This document shows positions 1 through 13,350 of a stretch of 64,000 bases of DNA, piece by piece. Below the pieces are notes generated by a model. That model worked only from the letters and a program-made list of their open reading frames with translations. It did no database searches and was not told the DNA's origin. Location of the stretch: NCBI GenBank assembly GCA_964485575.1, contig CAZAJO010000008.1, forward strand, positions 921 to 64,920, given 5' to 3'. The stretch's first letter is position 1; every line of letters starts with the position of its first letter. Source of the stretch: an uncultured Gammaproteobacteria bacterium (GTDB lineage: Bacteria; Patescibacteriota; Microgenomatia; Levybacterales; GWA1-39-11). A program made the translations under genes and the position numbers.

Positions 1-3000
1 CAACATTTCCATTTGTCCCAAGAGTTGAAACCTGAGTCAGGTTACTTAATAAGATTTGGCCGGATCCATTTGGCGCGATGGTAAGATTTTCATTTGTCCC
101 GGTTGTGATATCTGTTGATACTCCATTGAACGTTAGAGTACCTGTTGTCGTTATGGCACCAGAACTTACTGTTCCGATATTAGTAAGGTTACCTGATGCA
201 TCAATTCTTCTGACTCCATTTGTCTGGATATCTGTGACTCCATTTATTGAAGAGGCAGAAAGTGTTGCTGTTGTACCATTGTCAACGAGTGTAAGCAAAG
301 TATTTGGTGATCCTTCAGCATCCTTTATCGTTAAGGTTCCATTGTTCCCTAATGTTGAAAGCGTAATAGTTGGTGTCGTATTTGAAAGTGTCAGGGGTGA
401 GATGCCTGATAATGTGACAGTACCTGACGCGTCAAGCGTTGTTACCCCGCTTACAGCACCGGCATTTGTGATCCCACCATTATTGTTGTTAAATCCACCG
501 GTGATTGAAGCACCCCCTGCTGATACTGTTAGACCTCCGGTACTTACCGTCAAAAGCCCACCGATAGTTTGAGCAGTTGTAAAGTTATTATTTTGGCCTT
601 TGTACGCAACATTAGATAAGGTACCGGTTGTGTTTATATTGGCGCCATTAACCTGAAGTTGAGAGAGAGCATTAATTGTGTCTACTGAAAGTGTAGCAAC
701 TGTGCCGTTGTCAACGAGAGATAACAATGTATTTGGTGAACCGGCTGAGTCTTTTATAGTAAGGGTTCCAGCTGCATCTCCTGCGCCAACGGTAACAACT
801 GGATTCGTGTTTGAAAGGATGATTGGCGTAGCAGATGAGAACGTATTCGTGTTGGTGAACGTATTTGCCTGGTTAAGATACGCTACGTTTGTGAGAGTTC
901 CAGCAGTATTTATATTAAGTCCATTAAGCTGTATAGCGGTTATCGCATTGAGAACATCAGTCTGAACAGTACCAGAAGCTGTTATATTTGTAGCGCCAGC
1001 TATTGCACCCGTGTTAGTGATTCCACCTGTGTTGTTATTTATACCTCCTGTTATGTTGGCACCTCCCGCAGTCGCTACAAACCCATTAGCAGCAGTTATT
1101 GTTCCAGTTCCGGTTGTTACGATATTGCCTGAGGTCGTCAGATTGCCATTCTCATTTATGGCAAGAGTAGCCGAACCACTTGATTGGATCTGTAAAGCGT
1201 TTTGGATCGATGCATTCGTGTCATTAATGACAAGAGCTGCAGAGCCTGTTCCGGCGTTGGTTATTGTAAATTGTCTAGAGTTGAGGTTTGCAAGAGTAAA
1301 GTCAATGTTTCCTTCATTGTCTGTTGCTGAGATAGTGTTTCCGGCCTCATAAGCTTGTTGCAACGTAACATTGTTAACGTTTGCATTACACGAGGCAATT
1401 TGATTTGAAGCATTTCGACAAAGCCCTGAAGTCCCGTTAGTGCCTAAAGTAGGTACCTGTACAAGATTACTCAAAATTATTTCTCCTGTTCCATTTGGAG
1501 CAATTGTTAGATTCTCATTTGTTCCGGTCGTGATATCTGTACTCACGCCATTGAAGGTAAGCGTTCCGGTCGTAGTTATTGCACCAGAGGATACTGTACC
1601 GATATTAGTGAGGTTGCCTGAAGCGTCTATTCTTGTTGTACCATTTGTTTGTACATTTGATGAAGCATTGACTGTCCCTACAGTCAAAGTACCAACTGTT
1701 CCATTGTCTACTAATGTCAACAATGTATTAGGGGAACCGTTTGAATCATTAATCGTTAAAGTTCCAGCCGCGTTTCCGGCTCCCAAAGTTATAACCGGGT
1801 TAGTGTTTGAGAGAACAACCGGTGTTGCTGAAGAGAACGTATTCGTGTTTGTGAAAGTATTGGCTTGATTGAGATACGCAACGTTTGTGAGAGTTCCAGC
1901 TGTGTTGATGTTAGCCCCATTGAGTTGGATTGCAGTAATGGCATTTAGGATATCCGTTTGGGTAGTACCTGAAGCAGTTATATTAGTTGCACCGGTAATT
2001 GCACCAGTATTTGTTACTCCACCATTATTGTTATCGATTCCACCAGTAATTGAAGCCCCACCGGTTGTTACTGTTAAGGCTCCCCCAATGGTCTGACCAA
2101 CGGTGAAGTTATTGTTTTGACCCTTGTAAGCAACGTTTGTGAGCGTTCCAGTTGTATTGATATTAGTACCGTTGAACAAGAATCCGGTAACAGCATTTAC
2201 GCTTCCGGTAAGAGACAAGTTACCGACAGTACCTGCATCAGTCAATGAGAGCAGGGTATTTGCATCACCATCATTTATTGTAAGCGTGCTATCAACTCCA
2301 GCAGTTCCCAAAATTGCTGTTGGAGCGGCATTGGTAAGTGTTAACGGAGATGCTCCAGAAAGAGTGACTGTCCCTGAAGCGGTGATATTGGTCGCACCAG
2401 CAATAGCACCAGTATTTGTGATTCCACCGGTGTTATTGTTGATACCACCTGTTATGGATGCACCACCTGATGATACAGTCAAAAGGCCAGCGATTGTTTG
2501 ACCGACAGTGAAGTTATTGTTCTGACCCTTATAAGCAACATTTGAGAGGGTACCCGTTGTGTTGATATTTGTTCCGTTCAACAAGAATCCGGAAACTGCA
2601 TTTATTGTTCCTGAAAGCGATAGGTTTCCAACAGTCCCAGCATCTGTTAATGTCAGAAGAGTATTTGGTGAACCTTCAGCATCTTTTATTGTCAGTACCC
2701 CGTTGTTTCCGATTGTTGCAAGAGTAACAATCGGCGCGTTGTCAGAAAGTGTTACCGGATTTGCATTCGAGAATATATTATTTTGTGAGAAAGTATTTTG
2801 TTGATTCTGATAAGCGACGTTTGTGAGTGTACCAGCTGTATTGATATCTGTCCCGTTCAATTGTATGACAGACGTTGCATTGACTGTTGCTCCCTGAATC
2901 GTTCCTGAAGCAGTTATGTTGGTTGCACCAGTGATCGCCCCCGTGTTTGAGATACCACCAGTATTGTTATTAATTCCACCGGTTATTGATGCTCCACCTG

Positions 3001-6000
3001 ATGATACCGTCAAAAGACCTGCAATAGTCTGACCAACTGTGAAATTATTGTTCTGATTTCTATACGCAACGTTTGTAAGAGTACCTGCTGTGTTTATATC
3101 AACACCATTCAATTGAAGTGATGTTGTTGCACTTATTGATGATACAGATAGCGATCCACCATCACCATAGTCAGTTAATGTCAACAGATTATTTGGAGAA
3201 AGCTCAGCATCTCTTATTGTAAGGACTCCATTTGTACCCTGGGTTGCAAGTGTCACTATTGGTGATGCGTTTGAGAGTGTGAGAGGGGATACCCCTGACA
3301 ATGTGACAGTACCGGATGCAGCAATAGTTGTAGCACCTGAAATTGCACCTGCGTTTGTTAAGCCACCGGTGTTGTTATTTATCCCTCCTGTTATTGATGC
3401 ACCACCGGTCGACACAGTAAGAAGTCCAGCGATAGTTTGACCAACGGTAAAGTTATTATTCTGGTTCTTATATGCGACATTTGTGAGCGTGCCTGCGGTA
3501 TTTATACTTGTTCCGTTCAACTGGAACGCAGAAACAGCATTTATAATATCCCCCTCAATAGTTCCAGAGGCTGTGATATTGGTTGCCCCGGTTATTGCAC
3601 CGGCATTTGTTATACCACCCAAATTATTGTCAAGACCGGCAGAGATACTTGCTCCATTCGTCGCTGAAAGTAGTCCCGCAGCTGTTATTGCACCAGTTCC
3701 GGTTGTCACGATATTTCCTGAAGTCGTTAGATTTCCAAGCTCATCAATCGTCAAAGTAGAAGTTCCATTAGATTTGACATTGATAGCAATGCCTCCCGTT
3801 CCGGCAGCGGTGTCGTTGAGAATAAAGGCATTAGCTGTTCCAGCATTTGTAAGGGTGAATGATGTGGGAGAGCCAAGGCCACCTGCTAAAGTAAAGGCGA
3901 TATTTCTTCCCGTAGTTGTCGTTATAGTATTTCCATTGTCATATGCTGTCTGAAGCGTAGCGGTTGCAGCATTACAAGTAGCAATTTGGTTCAGAGCATT
4001 TCGACATAGCCCAATAGTGCCGTTCGTCCCCAAAGTTGGAACTTGTGTAAGATTGCTAAGCACAATTTGACCTGTGCCATTAGGGGTCAGTGTCAGATCT
4101 TCATTCGTACCGGTGGTTATGTCTGTCGAAACCCCATCAAAAGTAAGAGTACCGGTTGTGGTTATTGCACCCGATGAGATTGTTCCAATGTTGACCAAAT
4201 TGCCTGATGCATCAATCCTGTCTGTACCTGAGGTCTGGACTGAGGTTGTTGCATCAAGTGTCCCTCCTTGAATAGTGCCACTTGCTGTGATGTTTGTAGC
4301 TCCAGAGACGGCACCAGTGTTTGTGATTCCACCTGCATTATTATTTATTCCACCGGTAATATTAGCCCCGCCTGCACTCACCGTCAACAAACCTCCGATT
4401 GTCTGACCGACTGTGAAGTTGTTATTTTGACCCTTATAAGCGACATTTGATAGTGTTCCAGTTGTATTGATGTTTGTCCCGTTGAATTGTAGCGCTGTCG
4501 TTGCATTTACATTAGCAACAGTTAAAGTTCCGTTTGTTCCATTATCTGTTAAGGTGAGCAATGTATTTGGAGAGACTTCAGCATCTTTGATAGTGAAAAC
4601 GCCATTGTTTCCAGCTGTTGCAAGGGTAAGTACTGGCGCATTGTTTGACAACGTCAGAGGGGAAGCGCTAGATAAGGTAACAGTTCCTGAAGCATCAATT
4701 GTAGTTGCCCCGCTTATCGCCCCGGCACTTGTTATTCCGCCTGTATTGTTGTTTATTCCCCCAGTTATTGAAGCACCACCTGTTGTGACTGTAAGTGCTC
4801 CACCGATGGTCTGACCGACGGTGAAGTTATTATCCTGTCCTTTGTAGGCGACATTTGAAAGTGTTCCTGTAGTGTTAATGCTTGTTCCATTGAGAAGGAA
4901 AGCAGTAGTTGCGTTGATATTGGCTACGGCAAGAGTTGCAGTTGTACCATTATCGGTAAGAGTGAGAAGTGTATTTGGTGCTCCATTTGAATCTCTTATT
5001 GTCAGAACCCCGGCAGCATTTCCGGCTCCTAACGTCACAATAGGATTTGTATTACTAAAAGTAAGTGGACTTGCGCTTGAAAGAGTAACAGTACCTGATG
5101 CATCAATCGTGGTTGCCCCGGCAATAGCTCCGGTTCCGGTTATACCACCTGCATTATTTGCAATTCCACCGGTAATGTTTGCTCCACCGGCATTGATTGT
5201 AAGACCACCAGTTGTGATCGTCTGAAGAGCAGTGAAAGTATTGGCCTGATTTTGGTATGCAACATTTGTGAGTGTACCTGCAGTATTTATGTCTGTACCA
5301 GCAAGTTGAATAACGCTTGTTGCATTAAGAGTCGCACCTTGAATAGTGCCACTGGCTGTGATGTTAGTAGCACCTGTAATGGCGCCGGTATTGGTGATAC
5401 CACCGGTATTATTGTTGATACCCCCCGTTATTGATGCGCCACCTGATGATACAGTTAAAAGACCAGCAATTGTCTGACCTACAGTGAAATTATTGTTCTG
5501 GCCTTTGTAAGCAACGTTAGTAAGAGTACCTGTCGTATTTATATTTGCACCATTTATTTGAAGAGCAGAAAGAGCATTAACTGTCCCAACGGTAAGGGTT
5601 GCATCTGTTCCATTGTCAACCAAAGTCAACAACGTATTTGGTGAACCGGCAGAATCTTTAATAGAAAGCGTGCCATTGGCGTCTCCTGCCCCGAGTGTTA
5701 TATCTGGTGCCGAATTGGTTAACGTTATTGGCGCGGCTGATGAAAGGGTCACGGTTCCAGAAGCTGCAATTGTTGTCGCACCAGCAATTGCACCTGTGCT
5801 TGTTATGCCGCCTGCGTTATTATTGATACCACCATTGATTGATGCGCCACCAGCACTTACCGTAATACCACCAGTCGTAACAGTCAAAAGACCTCCAATT
5901 GTTTGTCCTACGGTAAAGTTATTATTTTGACCCTTGTAAGCAACGTTAGTAAGAGTACCTGTCGTATTTATATCTGTTCCTCCGAGTGTAAATCCTGTAC

Positions 6001-9000
6001 TTGCATTGACAGTTCCAACAGATAAGGTGCCGACAGTTCCATTGTCTGTGAGCGTAAGAAGTGTATTTGGAGACCCTTCAGCATCAGATATTGTCAGAGT
6101 TCCATCTGTACCTGCAGTTGCCAGCCTTATATTTGGATTTGCATTTGAAAGAGTGAGAGGTGATGACCCGGTAAGAGTTGCTGTTCCGCTTGCCGTTAGG
6201 TTTGTTATTCCTGTAATTGAACCTGTGTTTATTATTCCTCCTGAATTGTTATTAATACCACCCTTAAGGTATGCTCCTCCTGAATTAACAGTGAGAGCAC
6301 CTGCAGACGTGATTGTTCCGGTAGCAGTTGTAGTGATATTTCCGCTAGTTGAAATATTTCCAAGCTCTGAAATCGACAATTTTGAAACACCAGCAGATTG
6401 AACATCAAGAGCAACCCCTCCGGTTCCAGCATTGGTGTCATTGATGACAAATGCATTGGCAGACCCGGCATTCGTTAGAGTGAATTGAGTAGAAAGACCA
6501 GAGTCTAATGTGAAGTCAATGTTGCGTCCAGAGGTCGTAAGGATAGTGTTACCGGCATCATATGCTTGCTGTAATGTAACGGCACTTGCGTTTGCTGCAC
6601 AAGTAGAGAGTTGGTTGCTCGCGTTTCGGCAAACTGTTGTTAACCCGGTCGTTGCTGAAAGGGTAGCAACCTGGACGTAGTTGTTTAGGAGTATTTCGCC
6701 CGTTCCATTTGGTGCCAAAGTAAGGTTCTCATTTGGTCCTGTTGTGATATCGGTTGGAACTCCATTAAATGTTAAAACACCACTTGTTGTTATTGCACCT
6801 GAGCTTATTGTATTGATATTTGTCAGGTTACCGATTACATCTAATCTTGTTACTCCATTAGTTTGAATATTATTTGTAGCATTGAGGGTAGCTCCCTCAA
6901 TTGTGCCACTGGCTGTAATGTTTGTTGCACCTGTTATTGCACCGGTATTTGTGATTCCACCTGCGTTATTGTTGATGCCTCCTGTTATTGATGCACCTCC
7001 TGTTGTGACAGTAAGTGCTCCACCGATGGTTTGACCGACGGTGAAGTTGTTATCTTGACCCTTATAAGCAACGTTTGAAAGCGTACCGGTTGTATTAATG
7101 CTTGTTCCATTGAGAAGGAAAGCTGTAGTTGCGTTGATATTGGCTACGGCAAGAGTTGCAGTTGTACCATTATCGGTAAGAGTGAGAAGTGTATTTGGTG
7201 CTCCATTTGAATCTCTTATTGTCAGAACCCCGGCTGCATTTCCAGCTCCAAGTGTGATTATTGGAGTTGTATTTGAAAGGGTTAATGGCGAACCACTGGA
7301 AAGTGTTACCGTTCCAGAAGCAGCAATCGTTGTTGCACCGGCGATTGCACCGGTATTTGTTATACCACCTACATTATTGTCTATACCCCCAGTGATATTT
7401 GCTCCACCAGCACTGATGGTAAGACCGCCCGATGATATTGTTTGAAGAGCGGTGAAAGTATTGGCTTGATTTTGGTATGCAACGTTTGTGAGAGTTCCTG
7501 CTGTGTTGATATCAACTCCATTAAGTTGAATAACTGACGTACCATTAATGGTTGCTCCTTGAATAGTGCCACTGGCTGTGATGTTAGTAGCACCAGTAAT
7601 GGCGCCGGTATTGGTGATACCACCGGTATTATTGTTGATACCTCCAGTTATAGATGCTCCATCCGCACTGATAGTGAGTCCGCCGGTTGTGATCGTCTGA
7701 AGAGCCGTAAAGGTATTTGATTGATTTTGGTAAGCAACGTTTGTTAATGTACCTGCAGTGTTGATATCAACCCCACCGATCTGCAATGTCGTTCCAGCAT
7801 TTACTGATCCTGTAACAGAAAGATTCCCGACAGAACCAGCATCTGTCAAGGTTAGCAGAGTATTTGGAACACCTGCAGAATCTTTGATCGTAAATGTTCC
7901 ATTGGCATTTGCAGCACCCAATGTAACAATCGGATTCGTGTTACTAAATGTAAGAGGGGAGCCAGCAGAGAGTGTTACAAGTCCAGATGCTCCGATTGTT
8001 GTAGCACCTGAGATAGCACCAGTGTTTGTGATGCCACCTGTGTTATTGTTAATTCCTCCAGTTATTGATGCGCCACCCGTTGTAACCGTTAAAGCTCCAC
8101 CGATAGTCTGACCCACGGTGAAGTTGTTATCCTGTCCTTTGTAGGCGACATTACTAAGAGTGCCGGTTGTGTTGATGTTTGTTCCTCCTAGTAAGAATCC
8201 GTTCGCTGCATTTATTGTTCCTGTAACCGAAAGATTTCCAACTGTACCGGCATCGGTAAGAGTCAAAAGTGTATTTGGAGAACCTTCTGCATCTTTTATT
8301 GTTAATACTCCATCAACTCCAGCAGTTGCCAGAGAGATATTTGGAGTCCCGTTGGTAAGAGCAAGAGGATTTGCCCCTGACAATGTAACGACGCCTGATG
8401 CATCAATTGTTGTTGCTCCGGATATTGAAGCCGTGTTTATTATTCCGCCATTGTTGTTGTTGATACCACCAACGACTGAAAGACCACCAGCAGAAATAAT
8501 CTGTGCAGCCGTAAATGTATTTGATTGATTTTTGTATGCAACATTGGACAAAGTGCCTGCTGTGTTAATATTTGTTCCATTCAATTGAATTGCAGTAATT
8601 GCATTGAGTATATCGGTCTGAGTCGTTCCACTTGCTGTAATATTTGTAGCACCCGTAATTGCACCCGTATTTGTAATGCCTCCGGTATTATTATTAATAC
8701 CTCCAGTTATATCGGCTCCACCAGCTTGAATAGCAAGTCCCCCTGTTGTGATTGTTTGACCTGCTGTGAAAATATTAGCTTGGTTGAGATAGGCAACATT
8801 CGTAAGCGTACCTGCAGTATTTATGTTGGTTCCATTCAATAGATAACCGGTCCCAGCATTTATTGTTCCTGTGACTGAAAGATTGCCAACGGTACCGGCG
8901 TCGGTAAGTGTTAGAAGTGTGTTGGGGGAACCTGCAGAATCCCTTATTGTCAAAACACCATTCGCATTACCAGCTCCTAATGTCACTATCGGATTGGTAT

Positions 9001-12000
9001 TACTAAAAGTTAATGGAGATGCAGCAGATAAAGTAACAAGTCCTGATGCTCCAATTGTTGTTGCACCGGAGATAGCACCGGCATTTGTGATACCACCAGT
9101 ATTATTGTTGATGCCCCCGGTTATTGACGCTCCACCCGCACTTACGGTTAATGCTCCTGCTGATGTTATTGTTCCAGTTCCAGTTGTTGCGATGTTTCCA
9201 GATGTTGTGATGGTTCCAAGTTCTGTGATTGTCAAAGCTGAAGCGCTTGCAGACTGTATTTCAAATGCGATTCCACCTGATCCGGTACGTACGTCATTTA
9301 TGACAAACGCGTTCGCGCTTCCGGCATTCATGAGAGTGAAGGACGTTGGAGTTCCCGAATCCGTGTTTTCATCGTAAAGCGTAAAGTCGATATTTCGACC
9401 GGAGGTTGTAAGAATTGTATTCCCAGCATCATAAGCAAGTTGAAGCGTAACGCCATTTGAATTTGGTGCACATGCAGACAAGAAGTCACCTGCATTGCGG
9501 CACAAAGCCGTCGAGCCGTCAGGTGAAGCAAGAGTTGGAATCTGTATCGTATCATTGAGGTTGATAACTCCCGATCCATTAGCAACGAGTGTAAGATCTT
9601 CATTGCTTCCAGTTGTAATGTCTGTTGCAGCACCAGTTATAGTAACGGTTCCTGCGATATTTTGTGCAGTTGTGAAATTGTTGTTCTGGCCTTTGTAAGC
9701 AACATTTGTGAGAGTTCCGGTTGTGTTGATGCTTGTGCCATTCAATTGGAACACTGAGGTAGCATTGATAGTCGCACCTTGAATTGTGCCTGAAGCGGTG
9801 ATGTTTGTCGCTCCTGTTATTGCACCCGTGTTTGTGATACCACCGGTATTATTGTTGATGCCTCCGGTGATATTTGCACCACCAGCATTTATTGTAATAC
9901 CTCCTGTATTTATCGTCTGGCCGATGGCAAAAAGATTTGCCTGATCAAGATATGCAACGTTTGAAAGAGTTGTACCAACATTTATGTTGGTACCGTTCAG
10001 TAAAAATCCGGTTGTTGCATTGATGTTGGCAACTGCAAGTGTTGCATTTGTTCCATTATCGGTAAGTGTCAGAAGGGTATTTGGTGACCCTTGAGCATCT
10101 GCAATAGTGAGGACACCATCAACTCCGGTGGTTGCCAATGTTAGAACTGGTGCTGCATTTGAGAGAGTAAGCGGGGAAGCACCTGATAATGTCACGACAC
10201 CCGAAGCAGTGATATCTGTTACTCCAGAAATAGCTCCTGTGCTTGTTATTCCACCAGCGTTATTATTGATACCTCCGGTTATTGATGCGCCTCCGGTTGT
10301 GACGGTTAAAGCTCCACCGATGGTTTGGCCAACCGTGAAGTTGTTGTTTTGTCCTTTGTATGCGACGTTTGTGAGAGTTCCGGTTGTGTTGATGTTTGTT
10401 CCGTTCAATAGATATCCTCCAACTGCATTGATTGTTCCAGTCACTGAAAGATTTCCTACTGTACCAGTATCGGTTAATGTAAGAAGCGTGTTTGGAGAAC
10501 CCTCTCCATCTCTTATCGTGAGCGTACCATTGGATCCTGCTGCAGCCACAGTTATTGCAGAGGTGGTCGCAGTAAGTGCGAGTGGGGTACTACTTGAGAG
10601 TGTAACAAGGCCAGATGCATCAATCGTTGTTGCACTGCCAATAGCGCCGGTATTTGTTATACCTCCATTGTTGTTATTAATACCCCCAGTGACGGATAGC
10701 CCACCTGATGAGATTATTTGTGCTGCAGTGAATGTATTGGATTGATTCTTGTATGCAACATTTGTGAGAATACCTGCGGTATTTATATCAGTTCCGTTCA
10801 GCTGAAGAGCAGTAATAGCATTGATGATATCTCCCTGAATCGTTCCTGACGCAGTAATATTTGTAGCACCGGTTATAGCACCTGTGTTTGTGATACCACC
10901 AGTATTGTTGTTAATTCCACCGGTTATTGATGCGCCACCGGTTGTGACGGTTAAGGCTCCACCGATGGTTTGGCCAACTGTGAAGTTATTGTTTTGTCCT
11001 TTGTACGCAACGTTTGTGAGAGTTCCGGTTGTGTTGATGTTAGTTCCACCCAAAAGTATTCCTGTTCCTGCATTTATGGACCCTGTCACTGAAAGATTAC
11101 CTGTAGTACCGGTGTCTGTTAATGTTAGAAGGGTATTTGGAGCTCCTTCTGCATCTTTTATAGTAAGGACTCCATTCGTGCCAGCTGTAGCAAGAGTAAT
11201 TACTGGAGCACTATCTGAAAGAGTTAGAGGTGCGGCATTTGAAAGGGTCACAACTCCAGAGGCGTCAATTGAAGTTGCGCCACTTATCGCACCGGCATTT
11301 GTGATACCCCCTGCGTTGTTGTTGATACCACCGGTAACATCAAGCCCACCGGCTTGGATTGCAAGTCCCCCAGTCGTAATGATCTGACCGGCAGTGAAGG
11401 TATTTGATTGGTTTTTATATGCAACGTTTGTGAGGGTGTTTGCAGTATTTATATTTGCACCATTCAATTGAAGAGCACTTGTCGCATTGATCGTGCCAAC
11501 TGTCAAAGTTGCAACAGTTCCGTTGTCAACAAGAGTAAGAAGTGTATTTGGTGTTCCATTTGAATCTTTGATTGTAAGCGTACCGGCAGCATTTCCAGCA
11601 CCCAAAGTGATGATTGGAGTAGTGTTTGAAAGCGTAAGTGGGGAGGCTCCTGATAGCGTCACTACACCTGAAGCAGCAATTGTAGTTGCTCCGGCGATTG
11701 CACCTGTGTTTGTGATGCCACCATTATTATTGTTGATTCCACCAGAAATGTTTGCACCCCCCGCAACAACAGTTATTCCGCCGGTATTGATGGTTTGTCC
11801 CAAGGTGAATGTATTAGCAGTATCAAGGTACGCAACGTTTGATAATGTACCACCGGTATTTATATTTACACCGTTGAGTTGAATTGCTGTTATCGCATTT
11901 AATATATCTGTTTGCGTCGTTCCTGATGCAGTAATATTTGTAGCACCGGTTATGGCACCCGTGTTTGTGATGCCACCAGTGTTATTGTTAATTCCACCTG

Positions 12001-13350
12001 TTATTGAAGCGCCACCTGTTGTGACGGTTAAGGCTCCACCGATGGTTTGGCCAACAGTGAAGTTGTTGTTTTGTCCTTTGTACGCAACGTTTGTGAGAGT
12101 TCCGGTTGTGTTGATGTTTGTTCCGTTGAGTTGGAATCCACTAACAGCATTTATTGTGCCACTTATTGCAAGATTTCCAACGGTACCAGCGTCGGTAAGC
12201 GCAAGAAGGGTATTTGGTGACCCTTCTGCATCCCTGATCCTCAACACTCCATTATTTCCTGCGGTTGCAAGCGTAATATCAGGAGCACTGTTAGACAGAG
12301 TGAGTGGGGCAGCCGAGGAGAAGGTGTTGGTATTAGTAAATACGTTTGCTTGGTCTAGATAGGCAACATTTGATAGTGTTCCACCCACATTTATACTTGT
12401 TCCGTTGAGCTGGAATGCTGTCAATGCGTTGATTGTATCTCCCTGAATAGTTCCCGACGCAGTGATATTTGTTGCTCCTGTTATTGCACCGGTGTTTGTG
12501 ATTCCACCATTGTTGTTGTTGATTCCACCTGTTATTGAAGCGCCCCCCGCACTAACAGTAAGGGCACCTGCTGAGGTTATAGTTCCAGTTCCAGTTGTCG
12601 CGATGTTACCTGATGTTGATATAGTACCTAGCTCAGAAATTGTTAACGCAGAGACACTTGCAGACTGTACCTCAAAAACAATTCCACCCGATCCAACATT
12701 TGAGTCATTGATCACAAAAGCGTTTGCGCTTCCTGCATTTGTAAGTCTTAACTGAGTCGTAAGACCGGAATCAAGAGTGAAGTCGATGTTCTTTCCTGCA
12801 GTTGTAAGGATCGTATTTCCACCGTTATATGCTGATTGTAAGGTTACTCCAAATGCTGTAGGGTCACATTGTGAAAGTTCATTCGTTGCATTTTGACAAA
12901 GGACGGTAAAGCCTTGAACACCTGCAAGTATTGGAATTCCAACTGTATCGTTAAGTACAATCTTACCTGTACCATTTGCTAGCAGTGTAAGATCCTGATT
13001 TGATACTGTTGTTATATCTGTTGAAACTCCACTAAATGTAAGTGTACCTGTGGTGGTGATAGCCCCAGAAGCTATTGTTCCAATGTTGACAAGATTTCCT
13101 GATGCGTCAACCCTTTGCGTTCCATTCGTCTGTATCGAAGTTACTGCATTTAGTATATCCCCCTGGCTAGTGCCAGATGCTGTTATGTTTGTTGCTCCTG
13201 TAATTGAACCAGTGTTTGTTATACCACCTGTGTTATTGTTGATTCCACCGTTGATAGATGCCCCTCCAGCTGTAACAAATAGTCCATTAGCTGAAGTTAT
13301 CGTTCCTGAACCGATTGTCTGGATGCTATTTGAAGATGAAATGTAACCAC
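1..13350 (-). repeat. intragenic repeat zone 3: super-repeats of one Cys-loop module plus 2-9 short NVAY-type beta-strand units
   Basis: C-x9-C pairs lie at 12866/12896, 9470/9500, 6599/6629, 3974/4004 and 1388/1418. About 28 copies of the antisense signature of NVAY(K/L/Q)(G/N)QNN.FT are spaced about 250-285 or 390-430 nt apart. Each carries GGINNNTGGITNTGAI.GATNITASG. Segments 4875-5029 and 7095-7249 are 152/155 identical. Confidence 0.85.

Noticed and set aside
1-13350. Regular periodicity of about 250/410 nt that could suggest a CRISPR or satellite array.
   Set aside because: The repeats are long, degenerate and in frame within a continuous ORF. There are no short identical direct repeats separated by unique spacers, and no cas genes.
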